From: Vicugna vicugna
Taxonomy: Eukaryota
Assembly (NCBI GenBank): GCA_013265495.1
Contig: MU058141.1
Coordinates: 1-64,000, forward strand
Direction: 5' to 3'
Length of the DNA stretch: 64,000 bases
How positions within the stretch are numbered: the stretch's first letter is position 1; every line of letters begins with the position of its first letter. A model generated the notes under the pieces. It ran no database searches. It worked only from the letters and a program-made list of their open reading frames with translations, and was not told where the DNA came from. This document shows positions 13,559-25,449 of the stretch, piece after piece. Both the position numbers and the translations under genes were made by a program.

Positions 13559-16500
13559 TATAAACGCTTATTTTAAAGAAGCATAGAAAAATAGTTTTTC
13601 AGATAAAAGGATTTTTTTTTAATTTAAAATAGCATGCAGCATATTCTAATGTTAAGATCTTTACTGACCTATTTACACTCGACCTAGCCTGTTCTAGGTG
13701 AAATCTTTGTGTCTGTATTCTTCTATTCTTTTACTGATTCCTGTGTAACAGGAGGATTCTTGATTTTAAGCCTCTAAATAAACAGAACTGGTAACTCAAT
13801 AATAACCTGTGAAACACAAACTATTTTCTATTCAGATCAAAACCTCACATTTTCTGTACTGTGTGAAATCATTAAATTACGTGGATAAATCACAAATTAT
13901 AATTGGGTTATTTTACCAACTTCTTCAAAGGAATGTGCATATTTGGATTAGTATGTCTTATTCTTAATCTCCTTTTAGTTTCAAAGAGTCGAGAGATTTG
14001 TATTAACCTCTAGGAAAACGTTCTTGAAGAATGCCTCCAGGAGACTTCCAGGTGTCAGCCCCTCCTCCCACCTCAGCTACAGCTTCAGGCATTTTAAGAT
14101 GCTTTGCATACTCTGCTGACGTTGCCTTCATTCCTTTCTCTCTTGTATCTTCGTAACATAACAAGCATTTGGTGAGTGTCCACTAGGTGTCAGACTATCT
14201 CCTAATAATTTCAAGAGAAATTATCTTCTCACAAGTAGAAAGAATGGGACAAGCAAGAGGATGGTATGAGAAAGAGGTGATTTTCTGCTTTCTTCTCTTT
14301 GAAAATATTTAGGTAGCTTATTTCATAAACACTTCCCAATTGGAGCTGACTTTACAATTGATTTAATTATAACACTATTTAAAAATTGGCTTTGAGTAAC
14401 AAATTAGTGCAATAAGGTAATTACTCTCTTAAAGACTCTTTTATAGAAGGCGTTGCATTGTTCACACAGTAGAAAATATTTTAAAGACATTTGTAAATAA
14501 TACTTTTTTCATTTATTTATAAAACATTGTTGGAATATCTTCAATATGGTAGGTTCTGTGCACAATTTCTGCAAAAAAAAAGTCTATCCTCGAGGAATTT
14601 ACACTTAGCAAGAGAGAAATTAACATCATAATCATATTCAGAAATGCGAGTTGGGATGTGAACTCTATGTACTCAATCAGCAAAGGCAGAATCTCGGTGC
14701 CAATATAAAACTTCCTATCCCATTCTTACACTTTCAGGCAATTTTCATGTTAAATAAATCAACAGCACGTACTCCAAGATTTTGTTCATTTTAACTAAAT
14801 ATACTTAGTTTTCAAAAAAAATTCAAATTCGAAAAAATTTTGTTGGGTGTCTTGACAGTGTATTATAAAGTCCATTTTTTTCTCTTATGCAACATTGTTT
14901 TGAAAATACTTAGGCATGCTCCTAACTGAAAAGAAACTTCAAGAAACTGTAAGATAAAAAGAACTGCTTTACAAAGTAATTTATAAATGTTGTGCATTAA
15001 AAGAAGATTATTATTTTAATCTGATACAATATGCTATATTATTTTGAAAATAAAAATGTAATCTCCAAGTTCATTGGTTGCTTCTCTTTATATATACAAT
15101 AGCCAAAGCTATCTCTCTGAAGAGTTCCTCATTATCTTCATCTTAAAGTCCTATCTTCATTCTGTTTAATTTTATTGGCTTAATTTGTTGCTTTAGTCTC
15201 ACTATACTTTTTTTTTTCAGTATTTGGTGGTTCATTTATTATCATTATCATTATTATTATATTAATTACTATTTGGAAATCCTATTTCTGTTCTGATTTG
15301 CTGTGATTGTTTCCAGGTTGTTACATAAAATGGACATTATATACTGATACTACTGAAAGGTATATACCAGGGTCATTTCTTCTGGATATGAGATGTTCCC
15401 GCTGTCCTGGGTATAATTAGCTTCCAAGAACATTCCTATGTCGCTTCATTCTCCAGGCTGACACTCACTGCTCCAGCTGAAGATCAAGTGCCACTACTGC
15501 TAGTCTGAGCAGAAATGGGAGGGACTTGAGTGGTCGAGCTATTCCAAATCTATTTTTCCCATTAGTTGCCTTGACAACAGATGTTTCCAGGTTCATTGCT
15601 GCATCTTGCATGCACTGGCTCAGTCTGGCATTCTCTGATGCTGCTCCTACTTTTGAAGTGATTATCTGCTGTATGTGTTCTGGGAGGTGGCTTCTTGGTT
15701 GAGATCTGGGCCTGTCTGCTTTCCAAATGTTAGGGTTTCCCTTAGTATTTTGGTCAAGTGATATCACGTTTTCTTATTTTGTCGAATATGTTTAGATTTA
15801 TTCTTATTTGTGAAATAATCTTTTTGGTCCATTCATGGGATGTTAACTGGGAGACTGTATGTATTTCTAACTTTATTTTTTTGTCTCAATATTTTACCAA
15901 TCTCCACCTTCCTATTGTCCGTGCTGTAAGCTCATATTTATCTTTCAATACCCTAAGCACTGTACTCTTTTTTTTAAACACAATTTGTTACTTTAATCAG
16001 AGACTTTTTATTTGAAAACGCACTTCTTTTTGATTCTTTGATTCCTTTCCTCAGGGAATGGTAGCAACATTCCCCCATTTCTTACCCAAAATGTCAAGGT
16101 CTTTTTTTGGTTTCTCTTTCTATCCTATTCCCTCAGTGGAAACTTCCCACTGAGGTTTTCTTAACCTGTTTTAACTGTTTTTTTTTTTTTTCCTGATACT
16201 GTGTTTAGCAAATGTTCAAAATTTCCCTCAGCCTTCATTTCCACTACACTTTTGGTTCCACATCTATCATTTCTTGACTGACCTCCTGCATTCACATTAG
16301 TGTCCATTGCCTTCTTTAACATGCCCAACTAATCAATTTATTTCATGCTACACAATATTACTTCTAAATTGTAAATCAAGTCTCATTTTCCCATGAATCC
16401 CTATTGCCCCTGGGAAATAACTTATTGTCCTAGATGGGGCACAAGATTCTTCATGATTTTCAGCTCATCTCTCTCTGATTCTTGGAATCCATTAAATTTG

Positions 16501-17193
16501 GAGTCTTTTTTCCCTCTGGTTCCCCATGCTTTTTCTCATATCCTTGACTGTTAGGTCTCAATTGAGACATCTGGTCACCCAAATATACAAATGGGTGCCT
16601 CTTCAGAAAGATATTCTCTAAATATTTCTTGAAGACATATTGATTACAGAAACCAAGTGCTGGACAGGTGGATATTGGTGCCATTATCTAAACTATTCCC
16701 TTCTTTTTTGTTTTCCAAGCATTTCACCTCTGTTTTCAGTCTTCCATTGGCTCCTCAGCAACCAAAACCAAAATCAAACAAAAGCAAACCCAAAACTCTC
16801 TCAGCAAAGCACAGATAATTCACTTGACTCACCCTCCTTTGAATCATTTTATTGAGCACCAACCTAAAGAAGTTGTATTGGGACCACAACCTCACACATA
16901 ACAATAACACCACAAATCAACATTAATTTGTCAATATTAGATTCAGCCATAAAAAGATAACATTTTTTCTTGGTCAAAAAGTCAGATTTTGGCAACTTTA
17001 TGTGATTTAACCTAATGTGTACAGTATTAAATTCTAGAAAATATTAGCACATATAATTTTCTCTACCTTGTTACATTTCCAGTGATGATGTGGTACCGCT
17101 CAGAATTTGATATGCAGACACCTCACATGCTGGTCCACCCCTGAATGTGTATTTGACATGGATATTTTCTCATCTGAAATGGCTTTACCTCTT

Positions 17194-17970
17194 CTTTTTA
17201 ATAGACTATTTTTTAGAGTACTTTTAAGTTCACTGCAAAATTGAGTGGAAAGTAGACAGTTCCTGTAAACCCTTTTATCACACAGAGCACAGCTTCCCCC
17301 ACTGTCAACACCCCTTGACCAGAGTGGGACATCTGTTACAATCAATAATGCTACACTGACACATCATGATTGCTCAAAGTCCATATTTTACACTAGGGTT
17401 CACTCTTGATGTTGTATGTTCTACAGGGTTTTGACAAGCATATAATGATGTTTACCTACCATTATAGTAATATACAGAATAATTTCACTGTCCTAAAGAT
17501 CCTCTGTGCTCCACCTATTCATTCTTCCCTCCCTCCCTGGCAACTGCTTATCTTTTTACTGTCTTAAGGGTTTTGTCTTTTGTCATATAGTTAGAATCAG
17601 ACAGTATATAGCCTTTTCAGATTGGCTTCTTTCAGTCAGTAATATGCATTTAAGACTTTTCTATGTCTTTTCATGACTTGATAGCTCATTTCTTTTTAGT
17701 GCTTAATACTGTTCCATTGTAAAGATGTACCACAGTTTATTTATTCATTGACCTACTGAAGGACATCTTGGTTGCTTTCAAGCTTTGACAGTGATAAATA
17801 AAGCTGCTGTTAACTTCCATGTGCAGGTTTTTGTATGGGCATAAATTTTCAACCACTTGGATAAATATCCAGGGCATGATTGCAATGTCAAATGGTAAGA
17901 GCATATTTAGCTATATAAGAGAATACCAAACTGTCTTCCAAAGTGGTGGTGCCATTTTACATTCCCATCA
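17194..17970 (-). mobile_element. L1 3' end (L1MC-like) with a 13-bp target-site duplication
   Basis: Typical antisense L1 3' sequence. GGCTTTACCTCTT at 17181-17193 and 17971-17983. Confidence 0.85.
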
Positions 17971-19554
17971 GGCTTTACCTCTTTTGATTACTGAGAAGAC
18001 TCTTGTACACTATTCAGAAGGAGGGCAGTTCTCATTTTCTTTATGAAACCTTCATCATCTCCTTTAAAACTAGGCATTTTGTTCTCCATTTTACCCTAAG
18101 TCTTAAAGTATATGTTAAGTAGACTCTAAGTGAGACCAAATATTGGAAAGAAGGCCAAGAGTCTTTCCAAAAGTCAACTCACCTTACAAAAGGTTATGGT
18201 ATGTGATGTTGACTCACGTCAGACACCAGAACTGAGTATTTGGGGAAGACATGTTTTAGGGCAGAAAAAAATGTGGGTTTTGCTTGTATCTTTCCGAACT
18301 CTACCACACTAATCCATGGTTGCATAAAATGAATTTGATTGCAGGTTGCTTAAAGCATGTATTGCAGGAGCCCTGATCTACTTTGACATGAAGCTCCTGT
18401 CAGAGCATCACACTGGGAAGAGAGACATCCTCCTTTCAACACTGAAGTAGTATTTGGCAGATTGAGATGAGCAGAGTGATCTAACACATGGTGCTTCCTG
18501 TTGGGGACAAGACCTCAGAGATGACAGAAACCAGCAAGGAACAGGATTTTGACTGGAGGAAGGGACTCCTTCATCTCAGTTTTATCCTGTCTTTGAAACT
18601 TTGAACTTTGAACAAAATTCTTAAGGAAGTTGAGAAGCACTTAGTGGTGTTCAGAAATCAGTTGATTTATAAAAAATCCTTAAGGGTTAAAAATTGACCA
18701 AAAGTACTCAGGAAAGTAAATCAGTCAGGAAATAAACACCTCAAAATCAGCAGAAGACAGATGCCATTGAAATATGACTAATGAAATAAGCATGAAATAG
18801 GATGTATCAGTTATAGGAATAATTAGAGATGAAATAAAATACTGTATATCATTCTACTTTGAAATAACATGCTATACACTGTAAAGTATTACTTATCATA
18901 GAAAGAAGTATCTTCCTGCTATACCTTGAAAATAATTTAAATAACTGCAGTTTAATTAAGGAATATTCTTATGTTCTTTACTGGGTGAGATTGATACAAG
19001 AAAAAGCCTCAAAAATGACTTCATTTAATATGAAAATACAAATGTCTTTATTTATTTCAATTTCATATTTTCTGTAATATTCTGGTATTTTTTAGAAGAA
19101 AAGTGTTCAAAAACTAAAAAACTCAATGAAAGTACTCAAGAGAGCTAACCTGTTACAAGTTTTAACTTTCCATGTTGAAAAAATGTTTATTAGGCTTTAA
19201 AAATGTATTCACATGTTTAAATGCTTGCCAAGCTGACAGTGAGTCTTTTCAAATATTACTGTTTTTCTCATCATTAAACCAAGTGAAGTTGACAAGAATG
19301 AGGATCTCTGCCAAGAAGAAACATTTGTTTATTCTTGTTAAAGAAAGTAATAGAGATTAGGCACCTTAATTCCCTAAATACTTAAATTTAGAGGAGATTT
19401 TATAAAGATTTTAGCCTTTAGTATATTGTTATGTCACTCGAAAGTTTCAAAATGCCTATATAACTTTTTTTGTAATATAAGTTAGTATCATATAGTTTTT
19501 ATGAGAGTATTAAACGATTGTATTCATGTGACTGATCAGAAAAGCTTATTGTTA

Positions 19555-19725
19555 AATATAGTATTGGCTAAGAGCATGGATTCAGGTGTTAAACTTACAA
19601 TATCAAATCTTATTTGGACAAATTATTATCTGAGTGACCTTGGGTAAATTAATAAGAGCTCTCTCCCTGAGATATTATAGGGATTGAATGAGTTGACATC
19701 TGTAAATGACTTAGAATGATGTGTT
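19555..19725 (+). mobile_element. MIR
   Basis: ggctaagagcatggattc...gtgaccttgggtaaatt...tgtaaatgacttagaa. Confidence 0.65.
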
Positions 19726-21900
19726 TGACATTCAAAATCAATCAGTGCAATTTACCACATTAACACAATAAAAAATAAAATCAATGTAATCATATTAATA
19801 AAGGTAGAAAAAGCATTTGACAAAATTCAATACTCAGTCATGAGAAACATCTTCAGTAACTTAGTATGTATAGAAGGGAACACTTTTAATATAATAAAAG
19901 ATATCTATGAAAACCCATAGCTAACTTAATACTTAGTGTATGGACCACAAATTTCCTAAGAAGGGAGCTAGGCAAGGATGTCTGCTCTCAGCACTGTTCA
20001 GCATTGTGTTGGAATTCCTAACCAATGCAAAAGAAAAAGAAAAAAAATCATTCAATAAATATCAGAAGAAGATATAATTTTGTTTCCAGAAAATGTTATT
20101 GTTTTATGTAAAATACTAGTAAATCAGGAAAAAAAATAAGATAACTAATAAATAAATTTAGCAACATTATGAGATTCAAATCAACATGAAACAATTAATT
20201 GTATTTTAGTACACTAGTAACAAACTATTGAAAATTAACATTTTTAAAAGAATACCATTCACAGCAACTTCAAATTAAAAACTATTTGGAATAAATATGG
20301 AAGCCTACTACAATGAAAACTATAAAACAGAGCAGAGAGAAATTAAAGATTTAAAGAATTTAGACATTATATTATGTAATCTTTCTAAAAATAATATACA
20401 GATTCAAAGTCATCCCTGTAAATAATCCAACAGACTTTCTTAGTAGAAATTGACAAGTTGATTCTAAAATGGGCGTAAAAATGCAAAGGACCTAGAAAGA
20501 AGACGTATACTACTTGATTTTAATACTGCAGTTACTATAAATCTATTGTAATAAGAAGAATGTAGGGGTACACAAATAGATCAATGAGATGGAATAGAGA
20601 GCCCAGAAGTAGATATAAGTGTGTAAGAGCAATTAAATCTTGATACGAGTACTAACATAATTAACGAGGGAAAGTCTTTTCTCTACAAGAAATGTTCTAC
20701 AACAACTTGATATCTGTATGAGGAGAAATGAGGAGGAAATGAGAATCAGTATCCCTACCACAAATGATTCACAAATGTTAGATTGAAACAGATAATTGAA
20801 TTAAACATTAATGTTCCAACTATAAAGTCTTAGAAGAAAATTTAGGATCATATCTTTGTGACCTTTAATTAGAGATTTCTTATAAAAACCACTAACAACA
20901 TTAAATTTAGAAAAAAAGATAAATTAGACTTTATCAAAATTGTACATTTCAACTGCTCAAAATGTATACTGAGAAGATGAAAGTGCAAGTCACAGTATGG
21001 CAGAAAACAATAAATGTGAAGCTGTCTAAAGACTTGTATCTGGAGTATCTGTGTGTGTGTCTATGTTTGTGTGCATGTCTAATAATTCAATAAGAATAGC
21101 ATCGTTTATAAAATGTACAAAAGACTTCTGAATCACATGAAGTGGTGCTCAACATATTAGTCCTCAGGAAAATGTAAATTAAAACCACTAAGAAAAATTA
21201 CTTCATACTCAACTTTAAGGACTAAAATTAAAATTTGATGGTATCAAATGTTAGCTAGTATGTGGAGCAATTGGATCTTACACACGTTCCTTCTGGGGGT
21301 ATATAATGTTATAATTGCATCAAAATACAGCTTTTTTGGCAGGTTTTTGTTTTTTTTTTCCTTTCAAACAAGACCTACACTATGAACCGTCATTTTCTAA
21401 ATATATGACTCAGCAATTACTCTCCGGAGAATACTCACGAAAACTTCTTTCATAGTAATTGAAAGGGAAGAAATGACATTAATATCCATTAATATCTTAT
21501 CCATTAATGGACAAAGAAATTGTAGCATTCATGTAACTTATATCCAATAAAAGGAACAAACAACAGATGCATGCAATGATATAGATGAATTTCAAAATTT
21601 TGTGGTAAGTGAAAGAAGTCAATTACAAGATAATACATATTGAGTAATTACATCTATATTAATTTCTAGACAAGCAGAACTAACTGATGGTGATTGAAAT
21701 CAGAAATCTGTTTTGCACAGGGGGAACTTGGGAGTGTAGATTTACTAAAACAGAACCTGAGAAACCTACAGCAATGATGAAAATGTTCCATAGGTTGGTT
21801 GAGGTGGGGATTATACTTTGCACATGTTTGGCAAAACTCCAAAATTTCTATACTTAAATTACACCTTATTAAAAAAATAGTCTACCTCAAAGCAAATAAA
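19726..21900 (+). mobile_element. Degraded L1 (L1ME/L1M-type), ORF2 RT region to 3' end
   Basis: gaaaaagcatttgacaaaattcaa encodes EKAFDKIQ. aggcaaggatgtctgctctca is RQGCPLS-like. A-rich strand with an L1ME-like 3' end. Confidence 0.85.
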
Positions 21901-21959
21901 TGGCTTTAATCTATGAATACTGATCTATAACCAAAAAAATGCTACAAAGAGGTAGTTTC

Positions 21960-22140
21960 TATAAAATCACATACATAATATCTATGTAATTATATAAGTA
22001 TATAATTTCATATATGTATATAACAGTTTCATATGTATATATAACAGCAATAAAATATGTTTGAAACTTATATGCATATGTAATTATGTATCTGTATGTG
22101 TATACATATATAAAGATGAATAATATGTGTATATATTTCT
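21960..22140. repeat. AT-rich low-complexity (TA)n-like tract
   Basis: Imperfect TATA/TATG repeats. Confidence 0.6.
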
Positions 22141-23029
22141 CAGAATACACCAATAAATATAAAAAGATTTTTAAGAATCAACATGAAATTCAATATATAT
22201 TTAAATACATTTTAAAGCTTGGATGTTCTCCAGTTATCCAACCACACGTTGAAAATGTCATTTGAAAACCAATATATTCAACTACATCTTTAAAAAAACA
22301 TGTTTACATATTTAAATATTATAGCCATTGTTCCTCCACAACTAGCTCAGCCCTATCTAATTACATAATTTAAATATTATTTTTAATATCTTGATGATTT
22401 TGTTTATACAGATAATTTTAAGAAGATAGATTTGGTTTATACTTTTAATTTAATATTTTTTAGAAGCAGTTTCTTTTTCTTCTCTTTATTATAATAATAG
22501 AATAATTTTTTGCCTTCTTTGTGAGACAATCCTAACATATTCTTAATAATTATAGTCTTAATCACAAGCATACTTAATACCTTAAAACCTTGGTAGGTAA
22601 ATATAAGTCTTTGCTTCTTGTTTCTCTTATTTTGCAAAAAAAAAAAAGAAAGAAAAAAATCAAAAAACAAGTATTAACTAATATTTCCTTCAAACTTACT
22701 ATTTTTCTATAATTTCAAATCCAGTTTTCTCAAATAATTGAGAAGCTATGAACCAAGATGGAAAGATACAGAATGTTAAAGAAGGACTTGAGCCAGGATT
22801 GAAGATTTTGGCCAAACGAAAAACAAGCATCAGCTCCCAGACTCTACCCTGAAGCTGTGAGAAATTATGAGATTGAAGGAACTTGAATTAGCAACGCCAT
22901 GGAACTCTGAAAACTCTGTGGGAACATAGAGGGAGCCCATGTGAGAAGAATGGGAGGAACAGAGCCCAGCACTGGGGAAATCACTGCCCTGAAGTGGGAC
23001 AGGACAAGAGGCCACATGTTAATGTTAGA

Positions 23030-23480
23030 ACAGGTTGGAGAAATACTTATCTGCCGGTCTCAAAATCATTTTAGTGGGTCACAATGAATGTGCTTAAATA
23101 AAATGAAAGTAAATTGAAACATCAAGGTATATCTCATGAGTAGCACTAAGTATGTTCTCTTAAAATATTTGTAAGTCAAACTTTTCAAATGTGTGTGTAT
23201 CTATATCTGTATCTATAGATCTATTTCTATCTACAAACCTAAATTTGTCTCTGTGTGGAGGAGGGGCACCATATATATTTATTTTCTTGTGTAAAATGTT
23301 AGCTCCCTGAGAACATAGATATTGGTCTGTTTTATTCAACCCTGACACCTATAGTCAGATTAATGGGCATGCAATAAACATTTTTAATAAATACAAGTAT
23401 ATACCACTTTATTAAAAGGCACTATGAAAAATATATTTCCATGGTAATGTGCAATAAAACAAGTTTGAAATACTATGCTA
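23030..23480. mobile_element. Possible hAT-Charlie-type MITE remnant
   Basis: aaatcattttagtgggtcac...aagtttgaaatactatg resembles old Charlie MITEs. TIRs are unclear. Confidence 0.35.
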
Positions 23481-24847
23481 TAATTTTTAACTAAAAAAGC
23501 ACAAGACAGGGTTTAGACTTTTAGCCCTCCTCTGGCTCCAGTTAGATATTATTAGCGAAAGCAAAACAAAAATCCATGAGCATTAAAAAGGAGCACCTGA
23601 CATATGAGGAAGAGAATCACAGCGAAAGTCCACGTGGAATGTAAGCCATCAGTAAAAGAGAATCAGAACTAATATGTGTGTGTGTGTGTGATATTGGAAA
23701 GGAAAAGGAAAAAGAACATAATGAAAACATGAAGCAGGAACAAAACACAATTTTAATAATAGAAAGCAATCAAAGATGTTAGGTATAAAACTACAATTGT
23801 TGAAAAAGAGATCATCTAGTGCAAAGCCCTCTTATTCAAAGATAAATTGGGACTAGAAACTGAGACGGGGAATAATTGTTTCATGTCTCTGAATGATCTT
23901 TTGATTAATATATGAAAATGTGAATTTGCATATGACATATTTTGTTTTGCCTTTTTGCTGTTTCTGAGACATTCCAGTAATAGCAATTTTATTTAGTTCT
24001 AAAGAAACATATTCTTGCTAATTTTATAGTTACAGAAATGAAAGATGACAGCATAGAAGGATCTGTCACTTGGAAAACATTAAAAAAAACCCTGTTAAAA
24101 TTTACCTTTACTCATATATTATAGTTTTAAATGAAGAATTAATCAGAAAGAATGTTAGCTCTTTAGTTGTAAAGACTAACACACAGGAGAACTTTGATTC
24201 TAAAAGATAACAATATTTGCTTGAATCTGATTTTCTCCATGTATTCTCTCCCCAAAAGTATAAGGCCAATGGGTGGAGAAATACACACACACACACACAG
24301 GCACACACGCTCCACACCTTAGCATTACTAAGAAACAGGGCATACCATAAAAATTGCATTACCTCCAAGTACAGATACAAACACTAACTTTTCATAGTGC
24401 TCCCACTCTGCTGCCAGCCTGCTGGTACAGAGAGCAAAGGTCATTATGTGGGAAGGGGAAATTTAAGAGACTTCTTAAAAAAGCAAAAGGAAAAGAGGAA
24501 CTTCAATAAATCATAAATTAAATTATCTTTAGTTAGATAAATTCCAGTACTAAAAGCCAAAATACTGAACACACAGCTGGGATTTGGTAGTTCACAATAC
24601 CAGCTGCAAGAAGGTAGTTTGAAAGGGAACAGGACCAGAAGTGAGAGACATGAAGAAATGTTTCTCTGGAGAGGATAATCAAGAAGGGGCGAAAGAAATA
24701 AGAGTGGAGGATTAGTATCCCACAGAAATTAAGTAGAATTATCTAACTCCTCACCTTCAACTATTACATCAAACATTGACAAGGTCTCACTTGAATAATA
24801 TAAACGTCACTAAACTGACAGAAGTGGATGCTTTTGAACTTGAAACC

Positions 24848-25130
24848 TGTGCAGAAAGAATAGTGGCCCCCTAAAGGTAAAACATCCTAATCCTGAGAAC
24901 TATGCATGTGTTTCCTTACAAGACAAAAGGGAGTTAAGGATGCAGATGGATTGAGGTTGCAAATCAGCTGACCTTAAAAATAAGAGGTTATCCTAGATTT
25001 TCTAGTGGGGCCCAATGTAATCATTAAGGTTGTTAACAATGGGTGACAGCAGCAGAAGAGCAAGTGAGAGGCATGTGATGCATTTATCCAGAAAAGGTCC
25101 ACCACCACCGCCACTTACTGGCCTTTGAAA
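24848..25130 (+). mobile_element. MaLR LTR 5' part (MLT1D-like), truncated at the 3' end
   Basis: tggccccctaaag...catcctaatcctgagaac...ttatcctagattttctagtggggcccaatgtaatca. Confidence 0.75.
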
Positions 25131-25449
25131 GTTGTGCTGTTTCTCATTGCATTGTACTCACTCTGCTGAGTTTTACCTTGGCTTCCCATTCCAAAACTCA
25201 GGCTCTGAAAAAAATGGCCAGAATCCACCTGAACCTCAGAGCATTAATAATTGGGGCTGGTGTGAGTTGCTTTGGATGTGTTTTCCACCTAGAAATACTG
25301 ACAGGAAGTGGGCAAAGCCCTCCAGCAGGCATCAGGCTTTTAGTGTGCTTCCCAGTTATAAGCAAGAGCCCAGCTACTGACTCTTAGGGGAACTGGCTAA
25401 GATTTCAGAAGGTTCAGCTGCATTAGTTAATGGCCAGGACAGGAAAGTG

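Noticed and set aside
15465..15767. 100-aa minus-strand ORF
   Set aside because: GTG start and no homology that I recognise. Probably old repeat or unique non-coding sequence.
18210..18221. Overlapping AP-1 and CRE half-site TGACTCACGTCA
   Set aside because: A single short motif with no supporting context, expected by chance.
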